Shown here: in pieces, positions 49,623-58,072 of the stretch
Numbering within the stretch: the stretch's first letter is position 1
Layout of the letters: every line of letters starts with the position of its first letter
From: Candidatus Chisholmbacteria bacterium
GTDB taxonomy: Bacteria > Patescibacteriota > Microgenomatia > UBA1400 > Chisholmbacteraceae
Length of the DNA stretch: 64,000 nucleotides
Direction of reading: 5' to 3'
Assembly: GCA_963704905.1 (NCBI GenBank)
Contig: CAVPHZ010000001.1
Location: 131,438 to 195,437 of the forward strand
Translations under genes and position numbers: made by a program
Notes under the pieces: model-generated
The model's input: the letters and a program-made list of their open reading frames with translations, nothing else
What the model was told of the DNA's origin: nothing
Database searches by the model: none

Positions 49623-49907
49623 ATGATGAAAGTTCGTTTCGAATGGGATGAAGAGAAAAATAGAATTAATAAACGAAAGCATAAAGTTTCGTTTCAGGAA
49701 GCTCAATACGCTTTTTTGGATCCGGACAGAATTATTGCTGAGGATAGACAACATAGTGATGACGAGAAACGATATTACTGTTTTGGTGAGGTGAAAGGAG
49801 GTGTGTTGACCGTTCGTTTCACCTATCGAAAAAATAAAATTAGAATTATCGGCGCCGGTTATTGGCGCCAGGGTAAAAAGATTTATGAAAAAGAACATAA
49901 ACTATAG
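49623..49907 (+). CDS. brnT: BrnT-family (DUF497) ribonuclease toxin
   Basis: FEWDEEKNRINKRKHKVSFQEA...RIISARKA-like ending IRIIGAGYWRQGKKIY. Confidence 0.7.
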   Translation: MMKVRFEWDEEKNRINKRKHKVSFQEAQYAFLDPDRIIAEDRQHSDDEKRYYCFGEVKGGVLTVRFTYRKNKIRIIGAGYWRQGKKIYEKEHKL

Positions 49908-50109
49908 TGATGAGCCAATCAATGCGAAGGTGATTAAAGACTTTCTCCCTAAACCTGAAGACTTGGTCTTTAAAGAGGAAAAGGTGAAGGTCACGTTGTC
50001 ATTGTCGAAACGGAGTGTTGACTTTTTTAAGAAGGTTTCTCAGAGGCAAGGTACCGCCTATCAAGCTATGATTCGCAGGCTTCTCGATTACTACGTGGCT
50101 CAGCAGTAG
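49885..50109 (+). CDS. brnA: BrnA-family antitoxin
   Basis: Overlaps the brnT 3' end. 74 aa. C-terminal RHH-like segment. Canonical BrnT-BrnA order. Confidence 0.55.
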   Translation: MKKNINYSDEPINAKVIKDFLPKPEDLVFKEEKVKVTLSLSKRSVDFFKKVSQRQGTAYQAMIRRLLDYYVAQQ

Positions 50110-50142
50110 CTTTGACAGAAGAGATTTGAGTATTTACATCTT

Positions 50143-50160
50143 GTTTTTCTGAAAATTCTG
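50143..50160 (+). repeat. Island motif copy 4 (GTTTTTCTGAAAATTCTG)
   Basis: Upstream of the P-loop kinase gene. Confidence 0.7.
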
Positions 50161-50252
50161 TCTTTTCTTTATTTCGCTTCTAATCTTAATTTAAGCTAGT
50201 ATATTTTTTTTATCTCCTATGTTTAATAGCTTATCGAGTATAATCGTGGTTA

Positions 50253-50771
50253 ATGCAGTATCTTGCGATTATTCGGGGAGCTCCAGCGAGTGGCAAGTCG
50301 ACGATTGCCAAGAAATTACGGGATTTTAAAAAACGCGTGGTTTGGCTTAAAGTCGATAACTTTAAAGATTTCTTTGTGGCTGAAGCAACGCTTACGGAAC
50401 AACGGTTTGTCGATGAGTGTGCTCTTGCTAGTTTGAACTACCTTTTGGATGAGGGTTTTTCTGTTGTCATGGAAAAAATCTTTTACGATACTTCTATCAT
50501 TCCGCTTGCAGTTGAAGCCGCAAAAAAACGAGGTATTCCTGTTCAAGTTTTTCAGCTTACTTGTCCTTTAAAGGCCCTTCAATCAAGAGACAGAAACAGG
50601 CCGGGAATAAAAGAAGGTTGTCGAAAGTTGATGGGAGATGAGGTAATTGCGAAGATTTATGCTCAGCTTGAAAAAACATTTTATCCCGGTGCTTTTTCTT
50701 TGGATACGGAGAAATATTTGATTGAAGAGTGCATAGCAATCATCCATAAAAAATTAAGGATGAAAAATTAA
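50253..50771 (+). CDS. P-loop NTPase/kinase (AAA_33 / zeta-toxin-like fold)
   Basis: Walker A GAPASGKST near the N-terminus. 172 aa. Confidence 0.55.
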   Translation: MQYLAIIRGAPASGKSTIAKKLRDFKKRVVWLKVDNFKDFFVAEATLTEQRFVDECALASLNYLLDEGFSVVMEKIFYDTSIIPLAVEAAKKRGIPVQVFQLTCPLKALQSRDRNRPGIKEGCRKLMGDEVIAKIYAQLEKTFYPGAFSLDTEKYLIEECIAIIHKKLRMKN

Positions 50772-50830
50772 CCTCTTTTACCTGTTGAGATCGTTCTAGT
50801 TATCTCCTATGGTTTCTTTAATTCTCGTCA

Positions 50831-50845
50831 CTTCTGAAATTTCTG
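50831..50845 (+). repeat. Island motif copy 5 (CTTCTGAAATTTCTG)
   Basis: Upstream of the 50899 gene. Followed by TCTTT as in copy 4. Confidence 0.65.
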
Positions 50846-50898
50846 TCTTTAGGATGTTTTATATCTTTTTATCTGGTTCTGTCTGGTAAAATTCACTT

Positions 50899-51486
50899 GT
50901 GAAAAAGAAGACCCGCATCGCTTGGCAAAGCAGAGAACCAAAGTTTCCCAAACAAGGACTGGTGGTTGCTGTCTGGCTGCAGGGACCTGATATGGATCAG
51001 GCATTCCCGCTGCCTCTTTCGCTGCTAATTTCTGATCTTGGTCTTGTTCATGATTATGTGCTTACCTTTAAAAAGGAGGTTCGGATGCGGGATGCAAAGA
51101 TTTCTTTCTTGGATGATGTGCTTTTACAAACCGTTGAGTTTGACCGGCTGGTCCCGCTGAGACGCGTGTATTGGCAATCGCCAACCGTCCATGTTGATGG
51201 GATGCAGCGCATGAGCGTTTTTACAAAAATGTTCCGCCATTTTTCTTTTTATCAGCTCCTGGTTACACCCAATGAGTTTGTGGGTGAGCTTGAGACCTTT
51301 TCGGTTGGCTTTCCGTTTTTGACGACTTCTGTTGACACGATTTTGGATCCATTTTTACGCAGTTCAGATCTCTCGGTTGATCCAACCGCTAAACACGCCG
51401 CGCTCTACGTACCGCAAGAACCTGTTGGCTACAATTGGATAAAACATGAATATGTAAAGAAAAGCCGTGTATCAAATAAGAAATAA
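50899..51486 (+). CDS. Hypothetical protein
   Basis: 195-aa ORF preceded by repeat copy 5. No motif. Confidence 0.35.
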   Translation: MKKKTRIAWQSREPKFPKQGLVVAVWLQGPDMDQAFPLPLSLLISDLGLVHDYVLTFKKEVRMRDAKISFLDDVLLQTVEFDRLVPLRRVYWQSPTVHVDGMQRMSVFTKMFRHFSFYQLLVTPNEFVGELETFSVGFPFLTTSVDTILDPFLRSSDLSVDPTAKHAALYVPQEPVGYNWIKHEYVKKSRVSNKK

Positions 51487-51516
51487 TCTGAAAGCTAATG
51501 TTTTCTGGATTTGGTT

Positions 51517-51534
51517 TCTTCTGAAATTTCTCGC
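51517..51534 (+). repeat. Island motif copy 6 (TCTTCTGAAATTTCTCGC)
   Basis: 30 nt upstream of the TGATATACT extended -10 of the GxxExxY gene. Confidence 0.7.
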
Positions 51535-51566
51535 TTTTGTTTTTTCTTAACTGATATACTGTTTAT

Positions 51567-52032
51567 ATGGAAAAAGACATTGAGAAACTGGTTACTGTAT
51601 TAAAAGACTCCGCGAAGAAGGTGTATGCGGAGCTGGGGCCAGGGTGGAAAGAGGAAATCTATCAAAAGGCGATGGAGGTGGCGCTGCGGCATGAGAGTAT
51701 TTTGTACGAAACACAGCGAATTCTCCCCATTACGTTTTCCGATCATGTCATTGGAGAAGCAATTCCTGACTTGGTTCTTTGGATAACTCGTAGAGGAGAA
51801 GAAAATTGCCTTTGTCGTTGACTTGAAGGCGGAACCGGGTCTCAAGGAAGAGCATGGCGTCCAAGTTCAACGGTATATTCAAGAACTGCGGAAACAAGTC
51901 CATCAGAAAAAGCATGAAGTGTATGCAAAAGGATTAGTGATTAACTTCGTGAAGGAAAAAACCAGCAAAAAGCTCCCTGAGGAAGAGTTTGAAGACCTCA
52001 ATGGCGTGCAGGTTTTGGAAGTCGAGGCATAG
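51567..52032 (+). CDS. GxxExxY-family protein (PD-(D/E)XK-like), split by an apparent frameshift at about 51800-51825
   Basis: GPGWKEEIYQKAM (GxxExxY). The downstream frame carries KIAFVVDLKAEPGLKEEH...GLVINF, the family C-terminal motif. Confidence 0.65.
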
Positions 52033-52062
52033 CCTTCTTCTGACAGTCTCAGTGATATTCGT

Positions 52063-52692
52063 CTATAGTTCTAGAATGTCCTTTTCTCCGCTGGGCTCGT
52101 TAATTTGCAGCCTTAGGTTGGCGTCTGATTCGTTGATAGCAAATCCAACTCGTGTGAATTTATCACTATTTGACTCCAACTCCACCGGGTCATTGTGTAT
52201 GTCGGGGGCCACCCAGTTTTCTTGGTTGTTGACCGACAATCGTATGTAATCTTTGGTGTTAACGTTTGTAATCGCATCATTGTTGGAATTGAGTTTGAGA
52301 TTGACTATTAAAAACTCTCTGCCTGATACTGCAGTTGCTCTTTTTCCCTGAACGATTACTTCATTTATTCTTTGATAATCTACGAGTGTGATTTTTATTT
52401 CTCCTGCTGTTTCGCCATTGTCGTCTGTGATGGGGAAGACGTACTCTTTGTTTATGTCTGTCGGTTGCGGCTTTTGCGTTGGTGCGGCAGTTGTTATAGG
52501 AGTGATTGTTGGAACGAGCGATACCTCTTCCTCTGCGGTTTGATTTTCCTGTGACATTGATTTAAATGCTTGAAGTTGACCAAACAAATAAAATGCTAGT
52601 CCCGAAGTAGCGATGAGTAGCAGGAGCAGAATAAAGACGAGTATCCAGGCGAAATTGCTTGCTTGCCTTTCACCTTGTTTTACTTCTTCCAT
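52063..52692 (-). CDS. DUF4352-like secreted/membrane-anchored protein
   Basis: N-terminal TM and Thr/Pro linker. The C-terminal domain is paralogous to the 55539-56186 gene. Confidence 0.5.
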   Translation of the reverse strand: MEEVKQGERQASNFAWILVFILLLLLIATSGLAFYLFGQLQAFKSMSQENQTAEEEVSLVPTITPITTAAPTQKPQPTDINKEYVFPITDDNGETAGEIKITLVDYQRINEVIVQGKRATAVSGREFLIVNLKLNSNNDAITNVNTKDYIRLSVNNQENWVAPDIHNDPVELESNSDKFTRVGFAINESDANLRLQINEPSGEKDILEL

Positions 52693-52762
52693 CTATTGTT
52701 TCTCAAATATATTTGGGCGAATTCTAACATAAATGATCTATTAATTTAGAATGGGCATTTAC

Positions 52763-52780
52763 TCTTTTCTGAAAATTCTA
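52763..52780 (+). repeat. Island motif copy 7 (CTTTTCTGAAAATTCTAT)
   Basis: Upstream of the zinc-ribbon gene. Confidence 0.65.
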
Positions 52781-52821
52781 TTTTTTCTTTCCGATTTTGA
52801 TTTTTACTTAATATTGCTGTC

Positions 52822-53204
52822 TTGGTTTATTCCGGGACTGAAAAGGGCTACCATGGAGGTATGGAGAATTCTCTTTCCTGCTTTCAATGCCACACTGAAG
52901 TTCACGAGGGTGATTATTTTTGTTCAAACTGCGGAAAAACCTTAAACCCGCACCTCCGTCTACCTCTGTGGAAAGGCAGATCTGATTGTACTTGGGAAGC
53001 TTTCTTCTCCCCCCTTTCGGGATCTTCTGGGGTCTGCGATACCTTCGACAGCCGGATACACAATCGAGGAAAGTTGGGATCATTGCCATTGGGCTGACGA
53101 GTGTTGCACTGCTGTTGGCTGTTAAGCTGACGGTGGATTTGATTGCCATGGTGAATGGAGTCAATTCGCAGTACATGCAGGAACTTCAACAGCTTGGTTA
53201 CTAA
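52822..53204 (+). CDS. Zinc-ribbon domain protein with C-terminal TM, apparently split across two frames near 52986-53017
   Basis: CFQCHTEVHEGDYFCSNCGK zinc ribbon in the first frame. The hydrophobic VGIIAIGLTSVALLLAVKL segment is in a frame that opens at 52986. A C6-7 run lies at the junction. Confidence 0.4.
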
Positions 53205-53316
53205 GGTGTTTACTTTAAATTCCAGCTCATTATTTTTACGCTGACAATCGATCACTTTAATACATGCTTGAGCGTACTGCATAGGACCGTGATTAATTAA
53301 TGCCGGGGTTAGCTGT

Positions 53317-54258
53317 TTATGTCGCGTCGGGAGTTTCGAGTTCGATCTGGATATGCTTGGCTTGCGGCACTTCGTCTTTTATTTTTTGCTCAATTCGATC
53401 AATTAAATTCTCAATGCTATCTGTGGTTAACTCGTCGGAGAGGTGGACTTCGATGTTGACAATGAGGGTGTCCGGCCCGATGATGACCGTTCGAAGGTCT
53501 AAGACACTGGTGACTTCGGGAAATGATTTTGTCAAGGCTTTGATGGTTTCCTCGGTCTCCGGCATGGCCGACTGGCCGACCAAGAGCTCCTTTGCCCCCT
53601 TCAATATCAATACGGCAAAAAAGGCAAGCGTCAGACCAACTGCCATGGCCCCTACCCCGTCGAAGCGGAGATCTCCCGTGAGGCTATAGAACAGAAGAGC
53701 AAGCAAGCCAAGGATCGAGGCGACCATCCCCATGAGATCTTGAATAAATGACAACTTGGTTTCGATGCGGGCTGAATGAAGAAAGGTCTTCCGCAGCCGA
53801 GAAAAACTTTTTTTTCCGAGTAGGCGCTTGTAGCTCAAGGTAAACGCGTAGCCGTTGGTGAGAATGGCAACGGCGAGGGCGGCGAAGGCGAAGGGTATGT
53901 ACTCGATCGGCTCCGGATGCAGGAACCGTTGAAGGCCCCAGTAGAACGACAAGGCAGCGGTGATGGAAAACGTGGTAAGGCCTGAAATAAACGTCCAGAA
54001 GTACATTTCTCTTCCGTAACCGTAGGGGTGTTTGCGGTCGGCCGGTTGCTTCGAGCGTTTCATTCCGATGAGCAGAAGGCCTGAGGAAAGAAGGTCGGCT
54101 GTTCCCTGCAGTGCTTGTGAGAGCATGGTGACGCTGCCGGAAAAAATGGCGACCACGACGTTAATCATCACATCAGAGATATCGACAACAAATGAGGTGA
54201 TCAGCACACGTTCCAGGGTTATGATTTCAGGTTTCTTTTTCTCGTCCATAATTGTCAA
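53317..54258 (-). CDS. Cation diffusion facilitator family transporter
   Basis: 6 TM plus a C-terminal cytoplasmic domain. CDF signature region SVTMLSQALQGTADLLSS. Confidence 0.75.
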   Translation of the reverse strand: MTIMDEKKKPEIITLERVLITSFVVDISDVMINVVVAIFSGSVTMLSQALQGTADLLSSGLLLIGMKRSKQPADRKHPYGYGREMYFWTFISGLTTFSITAALSFYWGLQRFLHPEPIEYIPFAFAALAVAILTNGYAFTLSYKRLLGKKSFSRLRKTFLHSARIETKLSFIQDLMGMVASILGLLALLFYSLTGDLRFDGVGAMAVGLTLAFFAVLILKGAKELLVGQSAMPETEETIKALTKSFPEVTSVLDLRTVIIGPDTLIVNIEVHLSDELTTDSIENLIDRIEQKIKDEVPQAKHIQIELETPDAT

Positions 54259-54403
54259 GTATAACAGGTATGGAATGCTATTAACTAACTCTTTTTCAAA
54301 GGTCTTCCTCTTCTAAAATCATATCTGCCATATGATACTTCAAGAGCACTACATTTTTGGGAATTTTTATTATTAGAAAGGGATTTCACTATTCCGCTAT
54401 AAT

Positions 54404-55535
54404 TTGCCGAGGATGAAAAAAGCTGTTCTTCTCATTATTGTTTTTGGAATTCTGGTTGGCGGAGGTGTGTTTATTTATATTAATATGCCGGATCCTCCGC
54501 TGGAGACGAAGTTTGTCCAGCAAGTGAGAAACCAGGAGATTATCGATAACGAGCAGGGACATTTTGAACCTGATGAACTGCAGGCAACTTTTAAGCAACC
54601 CGGAGATTTTGCACTTCTTACTAATCCCAAGCATACCTATCAAACATTTAACAATTGCGGACCGGCGACACTCTCGATGATCCTTTCCTGGTTTGGAGTT
54701 GATGCTACACAAAAGGAGCTGGGAGATAAGATGCGGCCGTATCAACATCCCAAAGGTGATAATGATGACAAAACCATTTTTACCTATGAATTCGTTGGTT
54801 GGGCTCAGGAGTATGGTCTTTCCGCGTTCCGCGGTGTCAATGGTGACATTGAGCTGCTCAAGACATTTACTGCAAATGGTATTCCGGTTGTGGTGAAAAC
54901 CTGGCTGAATGTAAATGATGATATCGGACATTTCCGCGTGGTACGTGGTTTTGACCAGCAGCGTCAAGTGATTATCCAAGATGACTCGTACCATGGAAAA
55001 GATAAACGGATTTCCTATTTTGATTTCTTAAGCATGTGGCAGCCATTTAACTATGATTATGTGGTTGTTTATCCGAAGGACATGGAGGATACAGTCATGG
55101 CAATCCTTGGTGACGAAGTTGATCAACAGGTTGCTTGGCAGCATGCATTAACCCGTGCGCAAGAAGAGCAAAAACTTGACCCTGAAAATCCGTATCCCGG
55201 TTTTAATATCTCGACCAGTGCCTACCATCTGAATGATTATCAACAATCAGCGAGTGCATATGAATCTGTTGAAGATCGGCTACCCAGACGCATGCTGTGG
55301 TATCAAATTGAACCGATTCAAGCCTACCAACAGCTGGGAAATTACGAGCGGGTGTTCGCCATCATTGATCGAGGTGTTAACTGATGGGAACCGGGCTTTT
55401 TCGGAGCTGTATCTTATCCGTGGAGAAATCTATGTCGCTCAAGGTGAAGTTGAGAAGGCGCGGAAAGAATTTGAACAGGCTATTGAGTACAACAGTAACT
55501 TTCAGAAGGCAAAAGACGCTTTAGCTGAGCTGTGA
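54404..55535 (+). CDS. C39-like cysteine peptidase domain protein with C-terminal TPR, apparent frameshift near 55375-55390
   Basis: N-terminal TM, NNCGPATLSM catalytic Cys context and downstream His. The TPR segment LIRGEIYVAQGEVEKARKEFEQAIEY is in an overlapping frame. Confidence 0.5.
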
Positions 55536-55538
55536 TCA

Positions 55539-56186
55539 TTAATACGTTTCAAGGACAAGCTGGTCTTTATCCCCTTCCAGTTCGCCAACGTATAAGATCA
55601 AGTTGGTATCCGTTTCGTTGATTGAAAATGCCATGCGGACACTTTTCGTCGACTTCGGCTGGATTTCGACCGGATCACTATGAAACTCTGGGGCTAACAG
55701 TTTTTCTTGTTCATTGACTCTGAGTCTGAGATAGTCGCGTGCATTAATTTGAATGGCTCTGTTGAATTGATTGGTCAGCTCAATATTGATGACGACAAGT
55801 TCTTTCCCTTCTATTGTTGTAGCTTTGCCACCAGCAATTGTTACCTCATTTGTTCTTTCATAATTAGTTACAACAAAAAGGAGTTGGCTCACCGTTTCTC
55901 CGGATGCATTCCTCAGCGGGAAGGAATATTGTTTATTTATCAGCCGAACTGCCGGGGTTGGTGAAGGGATAATGGTTGGCGTGGGAAGGGAGGGTGTGGA
56001 GATTCCGCTGTTTGATCTGTCTGATACTGACTTGCTGTTTCGGTTTTGCTCGTTTAAGAGATACAAGATGATTCCTACCGTGATGATGAGTAAAGTTAGC
56101 AGAATAGCGACAATTACCCAAGGTAAATTGTTTTCTTTTTGATCACTTAGATGTTGATTCTGGTTTGCGGGTTCTGATCCATCCAT
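55539..56186 (-). CDS. DUF4352-like protein, paralog of the 52063-52692 gene
   Basis: Same architecture. Shared motifs include the NEV[TI]..G[GK][RK]AT..[ES]G[KR]E[LF][LV][IV][VI]N and [FH][HN][SD]DPVE[IL] blocks. Confidence 0.5.
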   Translation of the reverse strand: MDGSEPANQNQHLSDQKENNLPWVIVAILLTLLIITVGIILYLLNEQNRNSKSVSDRSNSGISTPSLPTPTIIPSPTPAVRLINKQYSFPLRNASGETVSQLLFVVTNYERTNEVTIAGGKATTIEGKELVVINIELTNQFNRAIQINARDYLRLRVNEQEKLLAPEFHSDPVEIQPKSTKSVRMAFSINETDTNLILYVGELEGDKDQLVLETY

Positions 56187-56298
56187 ACACTAATTTAGAC
56201 GTACAGCGGGATTTTAGTACTTTACCTGATTACTTGCAAAGATACTGCTTGTTTATATGAACGTGTTATTTAATTGGAGTGTTGTGTAAGATTAATTT

Positions 56299-56829
56299 AT
56301 GAACCAGCGAAAGGTTTCTTGGTTCGCCTTTATCCCTGTAGCCTGGCTGATGTGGGGGGTACTGCAATGGTACATTGCAACCGGACGAGGTGTGGATTGG
56401 TTTGTGCTCATCCCTGTTGTTTGGGTCACTATCAAGTCTTATATCAGCCTCATCTCAAGAAAAGCAGAGATCCGCTTGTTTCTCTCAGTTATTGTTGTAT
56501 CGTTTATGCTCTACTTTGGACTCATTTCCGTGTTTGGATTTATCGATCAGTTCCTGGCACAGGAAACGACACCGCTGACTATTTCATGGCTGCGCTATCC
56601 AGTTGTAAAGGCGGTTTTTCTTCTGCTTGCAGATGTATTGATCACTCGCGCAATAAACACGTTTGAGCTGTTGAAGCATGCGCAGGAAGAATCTATTGCA
56701 TATGCAATTCTTTATGCTTTCGGTTTGGGGATCGTTTTAATTTGTTTGCTGTTGGTCTATTTATTCCTACTTATTTTCCAGTATGTTCTTTTTCGTGTAG
56801 GTATATGGAAGCCGTCATGGACAGTTTGA
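56299..56829 (+). CDS. Polytopic membrane protein, unknown function
   Basis: 176 aa, 5 TM. Confidence 0.45.
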   Translation: MNQRKVSWFAFIPVAWLMWGVLQWYIATGRGVDWFVLIPVVWVTIKSYISLISRKAEIRLFLSVIVVSFMLYFGLISVFGFIDQFLAQETTPLTISWLRYPVVKAVFLLLADVLITRAINTFELLKHAQEESIAYAILYAFGLGIVLICLLLVYLFLLIFQYVLFRVGIWKPSWTV

Positions 56830-56929
56830 AATGCACTCCCGTTATGTGATCTCTATGACAGCCAGTTCTCATGGAATTCTTCACGATCATCTGTATAATA
56901 ACGGGGTTATTGGCATTTGAGGGAAGGAG

Positions 56930-57349
56930 GTGAAACGTATGAATATTTTAAAAACACTAGGTTCTGCTGTTGTGCTCAGCCTAATTCTCTCGGGATGTAC
57001 TTTATTTACTCAAACTCCACAAACTACACCTCAAGAAGGTAATCAAATGATGGATGAAAGTAAAGATGCTACTTCTGGAGCTATGGTGGAAGAGACAAAA
57101 ACATTCACGATGGCTGAAGTTGCTGAGCATGACAGTCAAGATGATTGTTGGCTGTTGATTGAAGGAAAAGTCTATGATGCAAATCCATTTATCGAGAGTC
57201 AAAAACATCCAGGCGGAGCAGCTATTATTCAAGGATGTGGAATTGATGCTACAGAACTCTTTACTAACCGACCAAATGGCAGCGGTACTCACTCAGAGCA
57301 AGCTCGCAGCTTTTTACCGAATTTTTATATCGGTGATTTAGCTGAGTAA
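56930..57349 (+). CDS. Cytochrome b5-like heme-binding domain lipoprotein
   Basis: Lipobox LILSGC. HPGG motif (QKHPGGAAIIQGCGIDATELF). Strong SD GGAGGTGA. Confidence 0.6.
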   Translation: MKRMNILKTLGSAVVLSLILSGCTLFTQTPQTTPQEGNQMMDESKDATSGAMVEETKTFTMAEVAEHDSQDDCWLLIEGKVYDANPFIESQKHPGGAAIIQGCGIDATELFTNRPNGSGTHSEQARSFLPNFYIGDLAE

Positions 57350-57352
57350 CAC

Positions 57353-57979
57353 TTATCCGTTTCTGTTGAAGCTAAATATGTTTCGAATTGATTGGAGTAG
57401 ATTCGAAAGTATACTTTTTAATTCATTCAGTATACTGCGTTGTTCTTGTACTTCTTTTTTCAATTCTTTTACATCATTCTTAAGTGTATCCAGCTCCTCA
57501 TCTGACTGAGTTGTTTGATCTGAGCTATCTCCATCTTGAGCTGGTTTGGAACCAGGCGATTCAGCGACTGTTGGTTGATTTGTCGACGGATCAAAGTAAA
57601 TATTCACTACATGAGAATCTTTTGGACCCCCTTCATTAAGCAAGTCTACATACAACTCGTATTGTCCTTCAGTTGCAGAGTAACATTGACCATATATTTT
57701 TCCATTTTCATCGGTCACAGATTGCGCTGTGTTGCAGTATTGACCAGAATTGCTGTTCCAGATACCAAACTTGGCTGGTTGTCCCTGCTTTGGGAACTTA
57801 CTTTCTGGTCCTTCCCCTGGAATGTAATCGAAAATTATTGCGGAGACGCTCACACTCTTTTCTCCTGCAACACCTCTATTTTGAACCTGAAGTTCAATTC
57901 CACCTCCACCTGCGTACACGATTGAGGAAAATACTATAAAAATGAAAGTAAAAATGAGAATAATGCTTTTTATCTTCAT
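57353..57979 (-). CDS. Secreted protein with C-terminal coiled coil
   Basis: Signal peptide, beta-rich domain, acidic coiled-coil tail. Confidence 0.4.
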   Translation of the reverse strand: MKIKSIILIFTFIFIVFSSIVYAGGGGIELQVQNRGVAGEKSVSVSAIIFDYIPGEGPESKFPKQGQPAKFGIWNSNSGQYCNTAQSVTDENGKIYGQCYSATEGQYELYVDLLNEGGPKDSHVVNIYFDPSTNQPTVAESPGSKPAQDGDSSDQTTQSDEELDTLKNDVKELKKEVQEQRSILNELKSILSNLLQSIRNIFSFNRNG

Positions 57980-58072
57980 CGGACTATTCAGTTTAGATTG
58001 TTATATCAGTACCATTATACTATTCTGCTCAAGTTTTAACTGGATTTTTGCTGCATGCTACAATGCTTCACT

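Noticed and set aside
47150-52800. Integron hypothesis for the motif-separated cassettes
   Set aside because: No intI integrase or attI is present in the window. The motif is only about 15-24 nt and is not a 60-120 nt imperfect inverted repeat with R''/L''/L'/R' cores. Kept as a regulatory or cassette-boundary motif of unknown nature.
52751-53282. ORFs 52751-52945 (+), 52808-53176 (-) and 52914-53282 (-)
   Set aside because: They overlap the better-supported zinc-ribbon/TM reading frames and lack motifs. Considered shadow ORFs.
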